NCBI GenBank assembly: GCA_009914755.4
Contig: CP086569.2
Coordinates: 20,960,001-21,024,000, forward strand
DNA length: 64,000 bases
Source: the human T2T-CHM13v2.0 reference genome, Homo sapiens
Direction: 5' to 3'
Below are positions 36,901 through 48,200 of the stretch, piece after piece; position 1 is the first letter of the stretch; the number at the start of each line of letters is the position of its first letter. The position numbers were made by a program, and so were the translations under genes. The notes beneath the pieces are model-generated. The model worked only from the letters and a program-made list of their open reading frames with translations, did not search any database and had not been told where the DNA came from.

Positions 36901-39470
36901 TTGCTCACTTCAAGAATGAAGCTGCAGACCTTAGTGGTGAATGTTACAGCAATTAAAGGTGTTATGTCCAGAGTTTTTTCTTTCAGATGTCTCCGGAGTT
37001 TCTTCCATCTGGCAGGTTCATGGTCTTGCTCACTTCAAGAGTGAAGCTGCAGAATTTAGTGGTGAGTGTTACAGCACTTAAATGTGTTATGTCCAGAGTT
37101 TGTTCCTTCAGATGTGTCCAGATATTCTTCCTTCTTGCAGGGTCAAGGTCTTGCTCACTTCAAGAAAGAATGAAGATGCAGACCTTTACGGTGAGTGTTA
37201 CAGCATATAAAGTTGTTATGTACGGAGATTAGTCCTTCAGATTTGTCCACAGTTTCTTCCTTCGGGCAGGTTCATGGTATTGCTCACTTCAAGAATAAAG
37301 CTGCAGACATTGGTGTTGAGTGTTACAGCACTTAAAGGTGTTATGTCCAGCGTTTGTTCCATCAGATGTGCATAGATTTTCTTCCTTCTGGCAGGTTCAT
37401 GGACTTCTTCACTTCAAGAATGAAGCTGCAGTCCTTTACGGTGAGTGTTACAGCACTTAAAGGTGTTATATACAGAGTTTGTTCCATAAGATGTGTCTAG
37501 AGTTTCTTCCTTCTGGCATGTTCATGGTCTTGCTCACTTCAAGAAAGAATGAAGCTGCAGACCATTACGGTGAGTGTTATAGCATATAAAGTGTTATGTC
37601 CAAAGTTTGTTCCTTCAGATGTGTCCAGAGTTTCTTCCTTCTGGCAGGTTCATGGTCTTGCTCACTTCAAGAATGAAGCTGCACACCTTAGCGGTGAGTG
37701 TTACAGTACTTAAAGGTGTTTTGTCCAGAGTTTTTTCCTTCAGATGTGTCCAGAGTTTCTTTCAACTTGCATTTTCATGGTCTTGCTCACTTCAATAGTG
37801 AAGCTGCAAAATTTAGTGGTGATTGTTACAGCACTTAAAGGTGTTATGTCCAGAGTTTGTTCCTTCAGATGTGTCCAGATATTCTTTCTTCTGGCATGTT
37901 CATGGTCTTGCTCACTTCAAGAAAGAATGAAGCTGTAGACCTTTACGGTGAGTGTTACAGCATATAAAGGTGTTATGTCCAGAGTTTTGTCCCTCAGATG
38001 TGTCCAGAATTTCTTCTTTCGGGCAGGTTCATGGTCTTGCTCACTTCAAGAATGAAGCTGCAGACCTTGGTGGTGATTGTTACAGCAGTTAAAGGTGTTT
38101 GTCCTGAGTTTGTTCCATCGGATGTGTATAGAGTTTCTTCCTTCTGGCAGGTTGATGGTCTTGCTCACTTCAAGAATGAAGCTGCAGACCTTTACGTTGA
38201 GTGTCACAGCACTTAAAGGTGTTATGTCCAGAGTTTGTTCATTCAGATGTGTCCAGAATTTCTTCCTTCTGGCAGGTTCATGGTCTTGCTCACTTCAAGA
38301 ATGAAGATGCAGACATTTAGGGTGAGTGTTACGACACTTAAAAGTTTTATGTCCAGAGTTTGTTCCTTCAGATGTGGCCAGAGTTTCTTCCTTCTGGCAG
38401 GTTCCCGGTCTTGCTCACTTCAAGAATGAAGCTGCAGACCTAGGTGGTGAGCGTTACAGCACTTAAAGGTGTTATGTCCAGAGTTTGTACCGTCAGATAC
38501 GTCTAGAGTTTCTTCCCTCTGGCAGGTTCATGGTCTTGCTCACTTCAAGAATGAAGCTGCAGACCTTAGTGGTGATTGTTACAGTACTTAAAGTTGTTAT
38601 GTCCAGAGTTTGTTCGTTCAGATGTGTCCAGAGTTTCTTCCATCTGGCAGGTTCATGGTCTTGCGCACTTCAAGAATGAAGCTGCAGACCTTTGAGGTGA
38701 GTGTTGCAACAATTAAAGGTGTTATGTCCAGGGTTTGTTCCTTCAGAGGTGTCCAGAGTTTCTTCCTTCTGGCAGGTTCATGGTCTTGCTCACTTCAAGA
38801 ATGAAACTGTAGACCTTTACGGTGAGTGTTACAGCACTGAAAGATGTTATGTCCAGAGTTTGTTCCTTCAGATGTTTCCAGAGTTTCTTCCATCTGGCAG
38901 GTTCATGGTCTTGCTCACTTCAAGAATGAAGCTGCAGACCTTAGTGGTGAGGGTTACAGCACTTAAAGTTGTTTTATCCAGAGTTTTTTCCGTCAGATGT
39001 GTCCAGAGTTTCTTCCTTCTGGCAGGTTCATGGTCTTGCTCACTTCAAGAATGAAGCTGCAGACCTTAGTGGTGGGTGTTACAGCACTTAAAGGTATTAT
39101 GCCCAGAGGTTGTTACTTCAGATGTGTCCAGAGTTTCTTCCTTCTGGCAGGTTCATGGTCTTGCTCACTTCAAGAATGAAGCTGCAGACATTTACGGTGA
39201 GTGTTACAGCACTTAAATTTGTTATATCCAGAATTTGTTCCTTCAGATGTGTCCAGAATTTCTTCCTTTTGGCAGGTTCATGGTCTTGCTTACTTCAAGA
39301 ATGAAGCTGCAGACCTTTAGGGTGAGTGTTACAGCACTTAAAAGTTTTATGTCCAGAGTTTGTTCCTTCAGATGTGTCTAGAGTTTCTTCCTTCAGGCAG
39401 GTTCATGGTCTTGCTCACTTCAAGAATGAAGCTGCAGACCTAGGTGGTGAGCGTTACAGCACTTAAAGGT
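33951..39470 (+). repeat. Two near-identical tandem copies of a 2759-bp (22-monomer) HOR unit, plus a third paralogue at 28.4-31.7 kb (offset 5513, then 5014)
   Basis: Identical ORF-track translations at a 2759-bp offset: 33951/36710 (69 aa), 34091/36850, 34228/36987 (81 aa), 34848/37607, 34985/37744, 35318/38077 (75 aa), 35476/38235, 35851/38610, 35942/38701 (117 aa), 36238/38997 and 36351/39110. The paralogue at 28438-31406 shows a few substitutions. Confidence 0.8.
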
Positions 39471-42299
39471 GTTATGTCCAGAGTTTGTTCCTTCAGATGT
39501 GTTCTGAGTTTCTTCCTTCTGGCAGGTTCATGGTCTTGCTCACTTCAAGAATGAAGCTGCAGACCTTAGTGGTGAATGTTACAGCAGTTAAAGGTGTTAT
39601 GTCCAGAGTTTTTCTTTCAGATGTGTCCGGAGTTTCTTCCATCTGGCAGGTTCATGGTCTTGCTCACTTCAAGAGTGAAGCTGCAGAATTTAGTGGTGAG
39701 TGTTACAGCACTTAAATGTGTTATGTCCAGAGTTTGTTCCTTCAGATTTGTCCAGATATTCTTCCTTCTTGCAGGGACATGGTCTTGCTCACTTCAAGAA
39801 AGAATGAAGGTGCAGACCTTTACGGTGAGTGTTACAGCATATAAAGTTGTTATGTACGGAGTTTAGTCCTTCAGATGTGTCCAGAGTTTCTTCCTTCGGG
39901 CAGGTTCATGGTATTGCTCACTTCAAGGATAAAGCTGCAGACCTTGGTGGTGAGTGTTAGAGCACTTAAAGGTGTTATGTCCAGAGTTTGTTCCATCAGA
40001 TGTGTATAGAGTTTCTTCCTTCTGGCAGGTTCATGGACTTGTTCACTCCAAGAATGAAGCTGCAGACCTTTACGGTGAGTGTTACAGCACTTAAAGTTGT
40101 TATATTCAGAGTTTGTTCCTTCAGATGTGTCCAGAGTTTCCTTCTTCTCTCAGGTTCATGGCCTTGTTCAATTCAAGATTGAATCTCCAGACCTTTACGG
40201 TGAGTTTTACAGCACTTAAAAGTGTTATGTTCAGAGTTTGTTCCTTCAGTTTTGTCCAGAGTTTCTTTCTTCTGGCAGGTTCATGGTCTTGCTCACTTCA
40301 AGAATGAAGCTGCACACCTTGGTGGTGAGTGTTCCAGCACTTAAAAGTGTTATGTCCAGAGTTTGTTCCATCAGATGTGTATAGACTTTCTTCCTTCTGG
40401 CAGGTTCATGGTCTTGCTTACTTCAAGAATGAAGCTGCAGACATTTACGGTGAGTGTTACAGCAATTAAAGTTGTTATATCCAGAGTTTGTTCCGTAAGA
40501 TGTGTCTAGAGTTTCTTCCTTCTGGCATGTTCATGGTATTGCTCACTTCAAGTAAGAATGAAGCTGCAGACCTTTACGGTGATTGTTACAGCATATAAAG
40601 TGTTATGTCCAAAGTTTGTTCCTTCAGATGTGTCCAGAGTTTCTTCCTTCTGGCAGGTTCATGTTCTTGCTCACTTTAAGAATGAGGCTGCAGACCTAGG
40701 TGGTGAGTGTTACAGCACTTAAAGGTGTGATGTCCAGAGTTTGTTCCTTCAGATGTGTCCAGAGTTCCTTTCTTCGGGCAGGTTCATGGTCTTGCTCACT
40801 TCAAGAATGAAGCTCCAGTCCTTTACGGTGAGTGTTACAGCACTAAAAAGTGTTATGTCCAGAGTTTGTTCCTTCAGATGTGTCCAGAGTTTCTTCCTTC
40901 TGGCAGGTTCATGGTCTTGCTCACTTCAAAAATGAAACTGCAGACCATTATGGTGAGTGTTACAGCACTTAAAGGTGTTATGTCCAGGGTTTGTTCCTGC
41001 AGATGTGTCCAGTTTCTTCCTCCTGGCAAGTTCATGCTCTTGCTCACTTCAAGAATGAAACTTTAGACCTTTAAGGTGAGTGTTACAGCACTGAAAGATG
41101 TTATGTCCAGAGTTTTTTCCTTCAGATATTTCCAGAGTTTCTTCCATCTCGCAGGTTCATGGTCTTGGTCACTTCAAGAATGAAGCTGCAGACCTTAGTG
41201 GTGAGGGTTACAGCACTTAAAGGTGTTATGTCCAGAGTTTTTTCCTACAGATGTGTCCAGAGTTTCTTCCTTCTGGCAGGTTCATGGTCTTGCTCACTTC
41301 AAGAATGAAGCTGCAGACCTTAGTGTTGAGTGTTACAGCACTTAAAGGTATTAAGCCCAGAGTTTGTTACTTCTGATGTGTCCAGAATTTCTTCCTTCTG
41401 GCAGGTTCATGGTCTTGCTCACTTCAAGAATGAAGCTGCAGACATTTACGGTGAGTATTACAGCACTTATATTTGTTATATCCAGAGTTTGTTCCTTCAG
41501 ATGTGTCCAGAATTTCTTCCTTCTGGCGTGTTCATGGTCTTGCTCACTTCAAGAATGAAGCTGCAGACCTTTAGGGTGAGTGTTACAGCACTTGAAAATT
41601 TTATGTCCAGAGTTTGTTCCTTTAGATGTGTCCAGAGTTTCTTCCTTCAGGCATGTTCATGGTCTTGCTCACTTCAAGAATGAAGCTGCAGACCTAGGTG
41701 GTGAGGGTTACAGCACTTAAAGGTGTTATGTCCAGAGTTTTTCCTTCAGATGTGTCCAGAGTTTCTTCCTTCTGGCAGGTTCATGGTCTTGCACACTTCA
41801 AGAATGAAGCTGCAGAACTTTACGGTGAGTGTCATAGCACTTAAAGGTGTTATGTCCAGAGTTTGTTCCTTCAGATGTGTTCAGAGTTTCTTCCTTCTGG
41901 CAGGTTCATGGTCTTGCTCACTTCAAGAATGAAGCTGCAGACCTTAGTGGTGAATGTTACAGCAATTAAAGGTGTTATGTCCAGAGTTTTTTCTTTCAGA
42001 TGTGTCCGGAGTTTCTTCCACCTGGCAGGTTCATGGTCTTGCTCACTTCAAGAGTGAAGCTGCAAAATTTAGTGGTGATTGATTCAGCCCTTAAATGTGT
42101 TATGTCCAGAGTTTGTTCCTTCAGATGTGTCCAGAGATTCTTCCTTCTGGCAGGTTCATGGTCTTGCTCACTTCAACAATGAAACTGTAGACCTTTACGG
42201 TGAGTGTTACAGCACTGAAAGATGTTATGTCCAGAGTTTGTTCCTTAGGATATTTCCAGAGTTTCTTCCATCTGGAGGTTCATGGTCTTGCTCACTTCA

Positions 42300-45200
42300 A
42301 GAATGAAGCTGCAGACCTTTAGGGTGAGTGTTATAGCATATAAAGTGTTATGTCCAAAGTTTTTTCCTTCAGATGTGTCCAGAGTTTCTTCCTTCTGGCA
42401 GGTTCATGGTCTTGCTCACTTTAAGAATGAGGCTGCAGACCTAGGTGGTGAGTGTTACAGCACTTAAAGGTGTGATGTCCAGAGTTTGTTCCTTCAGATG
42501 TGTCCAGAGTTCCTTTCTTCTGGCAGGTTCATGGTCTTGCTCACTTTAAGAATGAAGCTCCAGTCCTTTACGGTGAGTGTTACAGCACTTAAAGGTGTTA
42601 TGTCCAGAGTTTGTTCCTTCAGATGTGTCCAGAGTTTCTTCCTTCTGGCAGGTTCATGGTCTTGCTCACTTCAAGAATGAAACTGTAGACCTTTACGGTG
42701 AGTGTCACAGCACTGAAAGATGTTATGTCCAGAGTTTGTTCCTTCAGATATTTCCAGAGTTTCTTCCATCTGGCAGGTTCACGGTCTTGCTCACTTCAAG
42801 AATGAAGTTGCAGACCTTAGTGGTGAGTGTTACAGCACTTAAAAGTGTTATGTCCAGAGTTTTTTCCTTCAGATGTGTCCAGAGTTTCTTCCTTCTGGCA
42901 TGTTCATGGTCTTGCTCACTTCAAGAATGAAGCTGCAGACCTTAGTGGTGAGTGTTACAGCACTTAAAGGTGTTATGTCCAGAGTTTGCTCCTTCAGATG
43001 TGTCCAGAGTTTCTTCCTTCTGGCAGGTTCATGGTCTTGCTATCTTCAATAATGAAGCTGCAGACATTTACGTTGAGTGTTACAGCACTTAAATTTGCTA
43101 TATCCAGAGTTTGTTCCTTCAGATGTGTCCAGAGTTTCTTCCTTCTGGCATGTTCATGGTCTTGCTCACTTCAAGAAAGAATGAAGCTGCAGAACATTAC
43201 GGTGAGTGTTACAACATATAAAGTGTTATGTCCAGAGTTTGTTCCTTCAGATATGTCCAGAGTTTCTTCCTTCTGGCAGGTTTATGGTCTTGCTCACTTC
43301 AAGAATGAAGCTTCAGACCTAGGTGGTGAGTGTTATAGCACTTAAAGGTGTTATGTCCAGAGTTTGTTCCTTCAGATGTGTCCAGAGTTTCTTTGTTCTG
43401 GCAGGTTCATGGTCTTGCTCACTTCAATAATGAAGCTCCAGTCCTTTACGGTGAGTGATACAGCACTTAATGGTGTTATGTCCAGAGTTTTTTCATTCAG
43501 ATATTTCCAGAATTTCTTCCTTCTGGCAGGTTCATTGTCTTGCTCACTTCAAGAATGAAGCTGCAGACGTTCAGGGTGAGTGTTACAGCACTTAAAAGTG
43601 TTATGTCCAGGGTTTGTTCCTTCACATGTGGCTAGAGTTTCTTCCTTCTGGAAGGTTCATGGTCTTCCTCACTACAAGAATGAAGCTGCAGACCTTTACG
43701 GTGAGTGTCACAGCAATTTAAGGTGTTATGTCCAGAGTTTGTTCATTCAGATGTGTCCAGAATTTCTTCCTTCTGGCAGGTTCATGGTCTTGCTCACTTC
43801 AAGAATGAAGCTGCAGACCTTTAGGGTGAGTGTTACACCACTTAAAAGTGTTATGTCCAGAGATTGTTCCTTCAGATGTGGCCAGAGTTTCTTCCTTCTG
43901 GCAGGTTCATGGTCTTGCTCACTTCAAGAATGAAGCTGCCGACCTTTGCGGTGAGTGTTACAGCATTTAAACGTGTTATGTCCAGAGTTTGTTCCCTTAG
44001 ATGTGTCCAGAGTTTCTTCCTTCGGGCAGGTTCATGGTCTTCCTAACTTCAAGAATGAAGCTGCAGACCTAGGTGGTGAGTGTTACAGCACTTAAAGGTG
44101 TGATGTCCAGAGTTTGTTCCTTCAGATGTGTCCAGAGTTCCTTTCTTCTGGCAGGTTCATGGTCTTGCTCACTTCAAGAATGAAGCTCCAGTCCTTTACG
44201 GTGAGTGTTACAGCACTTAAAGGTGTTATGTCCAGAGTTTGTTCCTTCAGATGTGTCCAGAGTTTCTTCCTTCTGGCAGGTTCATGGTCTTGCTCACTTC
44301 AAGAATGAAACTGTAGACCTTTACGGTGAGTGTTACAGCACTGAAAGATGTTATGTCCAGAGTTTGTGCCTTCAGATATTTCCAGAGTTTCTTCCATCTG
44401 GAAGGTTCACGGTCTTGCCCACTTCAAGAATGAAGTTGCAGACCTTAGTGGTGAGTGTTACAGCACTTAAAGGTGTTATGTCCAGAGTTTTTTCCTTCAG
44501 ATGTGTCCAGAGTTTCTTCCTTCTGGCAGGTTCATGGTCTTGCTCACTTCAAGAATGAAGCTGCAGACCTTAGTGGTGAGTGTTACAGCACTTAAAGGTG
44601 TTATGTGCAGAGTTTGCTCCTTCAGATGTGTCCAGACTTCCTTCCTTCTGGCAGGTTCATGGTCTTGCTCACTTCAATAATGAAGCTGCAGACATTTACG
44701 TTGAGTGTTACAGCACTTAAAGTTGCTATATCCAGAGTTTGTTCCTTCAGATGTGTCCAGAGTTTCTTCCTTCTGGCATGTTCATGGTCTTGCTCACTTC
44801 AAGAAAGAATGAAGCTGCAGAACATTACGGTGAGTGTTATAGCATATAAAGTGTTATGTCCAAAGTTTGTTCCTTCAGATATGTCCAGAGTTTCTTCCTT
44901 CTGGCAGGTTCATGGTCTTGCGCACTTCAAGAATGAAGCTGCAGACCTAGGTGGTGAGTGTTATAGCACTTAAAGGTGTTATGTCCATAGTTTGTTCCTT
45001 CAGATGTGTCCAGAGTTTCTTTCTTCTGGCAGGTTCATGGTTTTGCTCACTTCAATAATGAAGCTCCAGTCCTTTACGGTGAGTGATACAGCACTTAAAG
45101 GTGTTCTGTCCAGAGTTTGTTCATTCAGATGTTTCCAGAATTTCTTCCTTCTGGCAGGTTCATTGTCTTGCTCACTTCAAGAATGAAGCTGCAGACCTTT

Positions 45201-48200
45201 AGGGTGAGTGTTACAGCACTTAAAAGTGTTACGTCCAGGGTTTGTTCCTTCACATGTGGCCAGAGTTTCTTCCTTTTGGAAGGTTCATGGTCTTCCTCAC
45301 TTCAAGAATTAAGCTGCAGACCTTTACGCTGAGTGTCACAGCAATTTAAGGTGTTATGTCCAGAGTTTGTTCATTCAGATGTGTCCAGAATTTCTTCCTT
45401 CTGGCAGGTTCATGGTCTTGCTCACTTCAAGAATGAAGCTGCAGACCTTGGTGTTGAGTGTTACAGCAGTTAAAGGTGTTTGTCCTGAGTTTGTTCCATC
45501 AGATGTGTCCAAAGTTTCTTCCTTCTGGCAGGTTGATGGTCTTGCTTACTTCAAGAATGAAGCTGCAGACCTTTACGGTGAGTGTCACAGCACTTAAAGG
45601 TGTTATGTCCAGGGTTTGTTCCTTCAGATGTGGCCAGAGTTTCTTCCTTCTGGAAGGTTCATGGTCTTCCTCACTTCAAGAATGAAGCTGCAGACCTTTA
45701 CGTTGAGTGTTACAGCATTTAAACGTGTTATGTCCAGAGTTTGTTCCTTTAGATGTGTCCAGAGTTTCTTCCTTCAGGCAGGTTCATGGTCTTGCTCATT
45801 TCAAGAATGAAGCTGCAGACCTAGGTGGTGAGTGTTACAGCACTTAAAGGTGTTATGTCCAGAGTTTGTACCGTCAGATATGTCTAGAGTTTCTTCCTTC
45901 TGGCAGGTTTATGGTCTTGCTCACTTCCAGAATGAAGCTGCAGACCTTAGTGGTGAGTGTTATAGTACTTAAAGTTGTTAAGTCCAGAGTTTTATCGTTC
46001 AGATATGTCCAGAGTTTCTTCCATCTGGCAGGTTCATGGTCTTGCTCACTTCAAGAATGATGTTGCAGAGCTTTACGGTGCGTGTTACAGCACTTAAAGG
46101 TGTTATATCCAGAGTTTGTTCCTTCAGATGTGTCCAGAGTTTCTTTCTTCTTGCAGGTTCATGGTCTTGCACACTTCAAGAATGAATGAAGCTGCAGACC
46201 TTTACGTTGAGTGTTACAGCTTATAAAGGTGTTATGTCCAGGGTTTGGTCCTTCAGATGTGTCCAAAGTTTCTTCCTTCGGGCAGGTTCATGGTCTTGCT
46301 CACTTCAAGAATGAAGCTGCAGACCTTAGTGGTGAGGGTTACAGCACTTAAAGGTGTTATGTAAGGAGTTTTTTCCTTCAGATGTGTCCAGAGTTTCTTC
46401 CTTCTGGCAGGTTCATGGACTTGCTCACTTCAAGAATGAATCTGCAGACCTAGGTGTTGAGTGTTACAGCACTTAAAGGTGTTATGTCGAGAGTTTGTAC
46501 CGTCAGATATGTCTACAGTTTCTTCATTCTGGCAGGTTCATGGTCTTGCTCTCTTCAAGAATGAAGCTGCAGACCTTAGTGGTGAGTGTTACAGTACTTA
46601 AAGTTGTTATATCCAGAGTTTGTTCGTTCAGATGTGTCCAGAGTTTCTTCCAACTGGCAGGTTCATGGTCTTGCTCACTTCAAGAATGATGTTGCAGAGC
46701 TTTACGGTGAGTGTTACAGCACTTAAAGGTGTTATATCCACAGTTTGTTCCTTCAGATGTGTCCAGAGTTTCTTCCTTCTGGCAGGTTCATGGTCTTGCT
46801 CAATTCAAGAATGAAGCTGCAGACCTTAGTGGTGAGTGTTACAGCACTTAAAGGTGTTATGTCCAGAGTTTGTTCATTCAGATGTGTCCAGAGTTTCTTC
46901 CTTCTGGCAGGTTCATGGTCTTGCTCACTTCAAGAATGAAGCTGCAGACCTTAGTGGTGAGTGTTACAGCACTTAAAGGTGTCATGTCCAGAGTTTGTTC
47001 CTTCAGATGTGTCCAGAGTTTCTTCCTTCTGGCAGGTTCATGGTCTTGCTCAATTCAAGAATGAAGCTGCAGACCTTAGTGGTGAGTGTTACAGCACTTA
47101 AAGGTGTTATGTCCAGAGTTTGTTCCTTCAGATGTGTCCAGAGTTTCTTCCATCTGGCAGGTTCATGGTCTTGCTCACTTCAAGAGTGAAGCTGCAAAAT
47201 TTAGTGGTGATTGTTACAGCACTTACAGGTGTTATGTCCAGAGTTTGTTCCTTCAGATGTGTCCAGATATTCTTCCTTCTGGCATGTTCATGGTCTTTCT
47301 CACTTCAAGAAAGAATGAAGCTGCAGACCTTTACGATAAGTGTTACAGCATATAAAGCTGTTATGTCCAGAGTTTGGTCCTTCAGATGTGTCCAGAATTT
47401 CTTCTTCCGGGAAGGTTCATGGTCTTGCTCACTTCAGGAATGAAGCTGCAGACCTTGGTTTTGAGTGTTACAGCAGTTAAGGGTGTTTGTCCTGAGTTTG
47501 TTCCATCAGATGTGTCCAAAGTTTCTTCCTTCTGGCAGGTTGATGGTCTTGCTTACTTCAAGAATGAAGCTGCAGACCTATACGGTGAGTGTCACAGCAC
47601 TTGAAGGTGTTATGTCCAGAGTTTGTTCATTCAGATGTGTCCGGAATTTCTTCTTTCAGGCAGGTTCATGGTCATGCTCACTTCAACAATGAAGCTGCAG
47701 ACCTTGGTGGTGAGTGTTACAGCAGTTTAAGGTGTTATGTTCGGAGTTTGTTCCATCAGATGTGTATAGAGTTTTTTCCTTCTGGCAGGTTCATGGTCTT
47801 GCTCACTTCAAGAATGAAGCTGCAGACCTTTACGGTGAGTGTCACAGCACTTTAAGGTGTTATGTCCAGAGTTTGTTCATTCAGATGTGTCTAGAATTTC
47901 TTCCTTCTGGCAGGTTCATGGTCTTGCTCACTTCAAGAATGAAGCTGCAGACCTTTAGGGTGAGTGTTACACCACTTAAAAGTGTTATGTCCAGAGTTTG
48001 TTCCTTCAGATGTGGCCAGAGTTTCTTCCTTCTGGTAGGTTCATGGTCTTGCTCACTTCAAAAATGAAGCTGCAGACCTTTACGGTGAGTGTTACAGCAT
48101 TTCTACGTGTTATGTACAGAGTTTGTTCCCTTAGATGTGTCCAGAGTTTCTTCCTTCGGGCAGGTTCATGGTCTTCCTCACTTCAAGAATGAAGCTGCAG

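Larger units (their letters stand above)
13700..42300 (+). repeat. Array domain 2: a mosaic of variable-length HOR copies (about 2.4-4.5 kb) of two alternating unit types, punctuated by 131-bp insertion-variant monomers
   Basis: The first AAGAAAGAATGAAG...GCATATAAAG monomer (6-bp insertion) is at ~14221 and recurs ~40 times downstream. The marker monomer family MFLQMCSEFLPS...NVTAIKGVMSRVFSFRCVRSFFHLAGSWSCSLQE (in the ORF track) recurs at 16293, ~20800, 25069, 28578, 31712, 34091, 36850, 39485 and 41863. From 25069 on, the successive intervals are 3509, 3134, 2379, 2759, 2635 and 2378. Confidence 0.7.
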
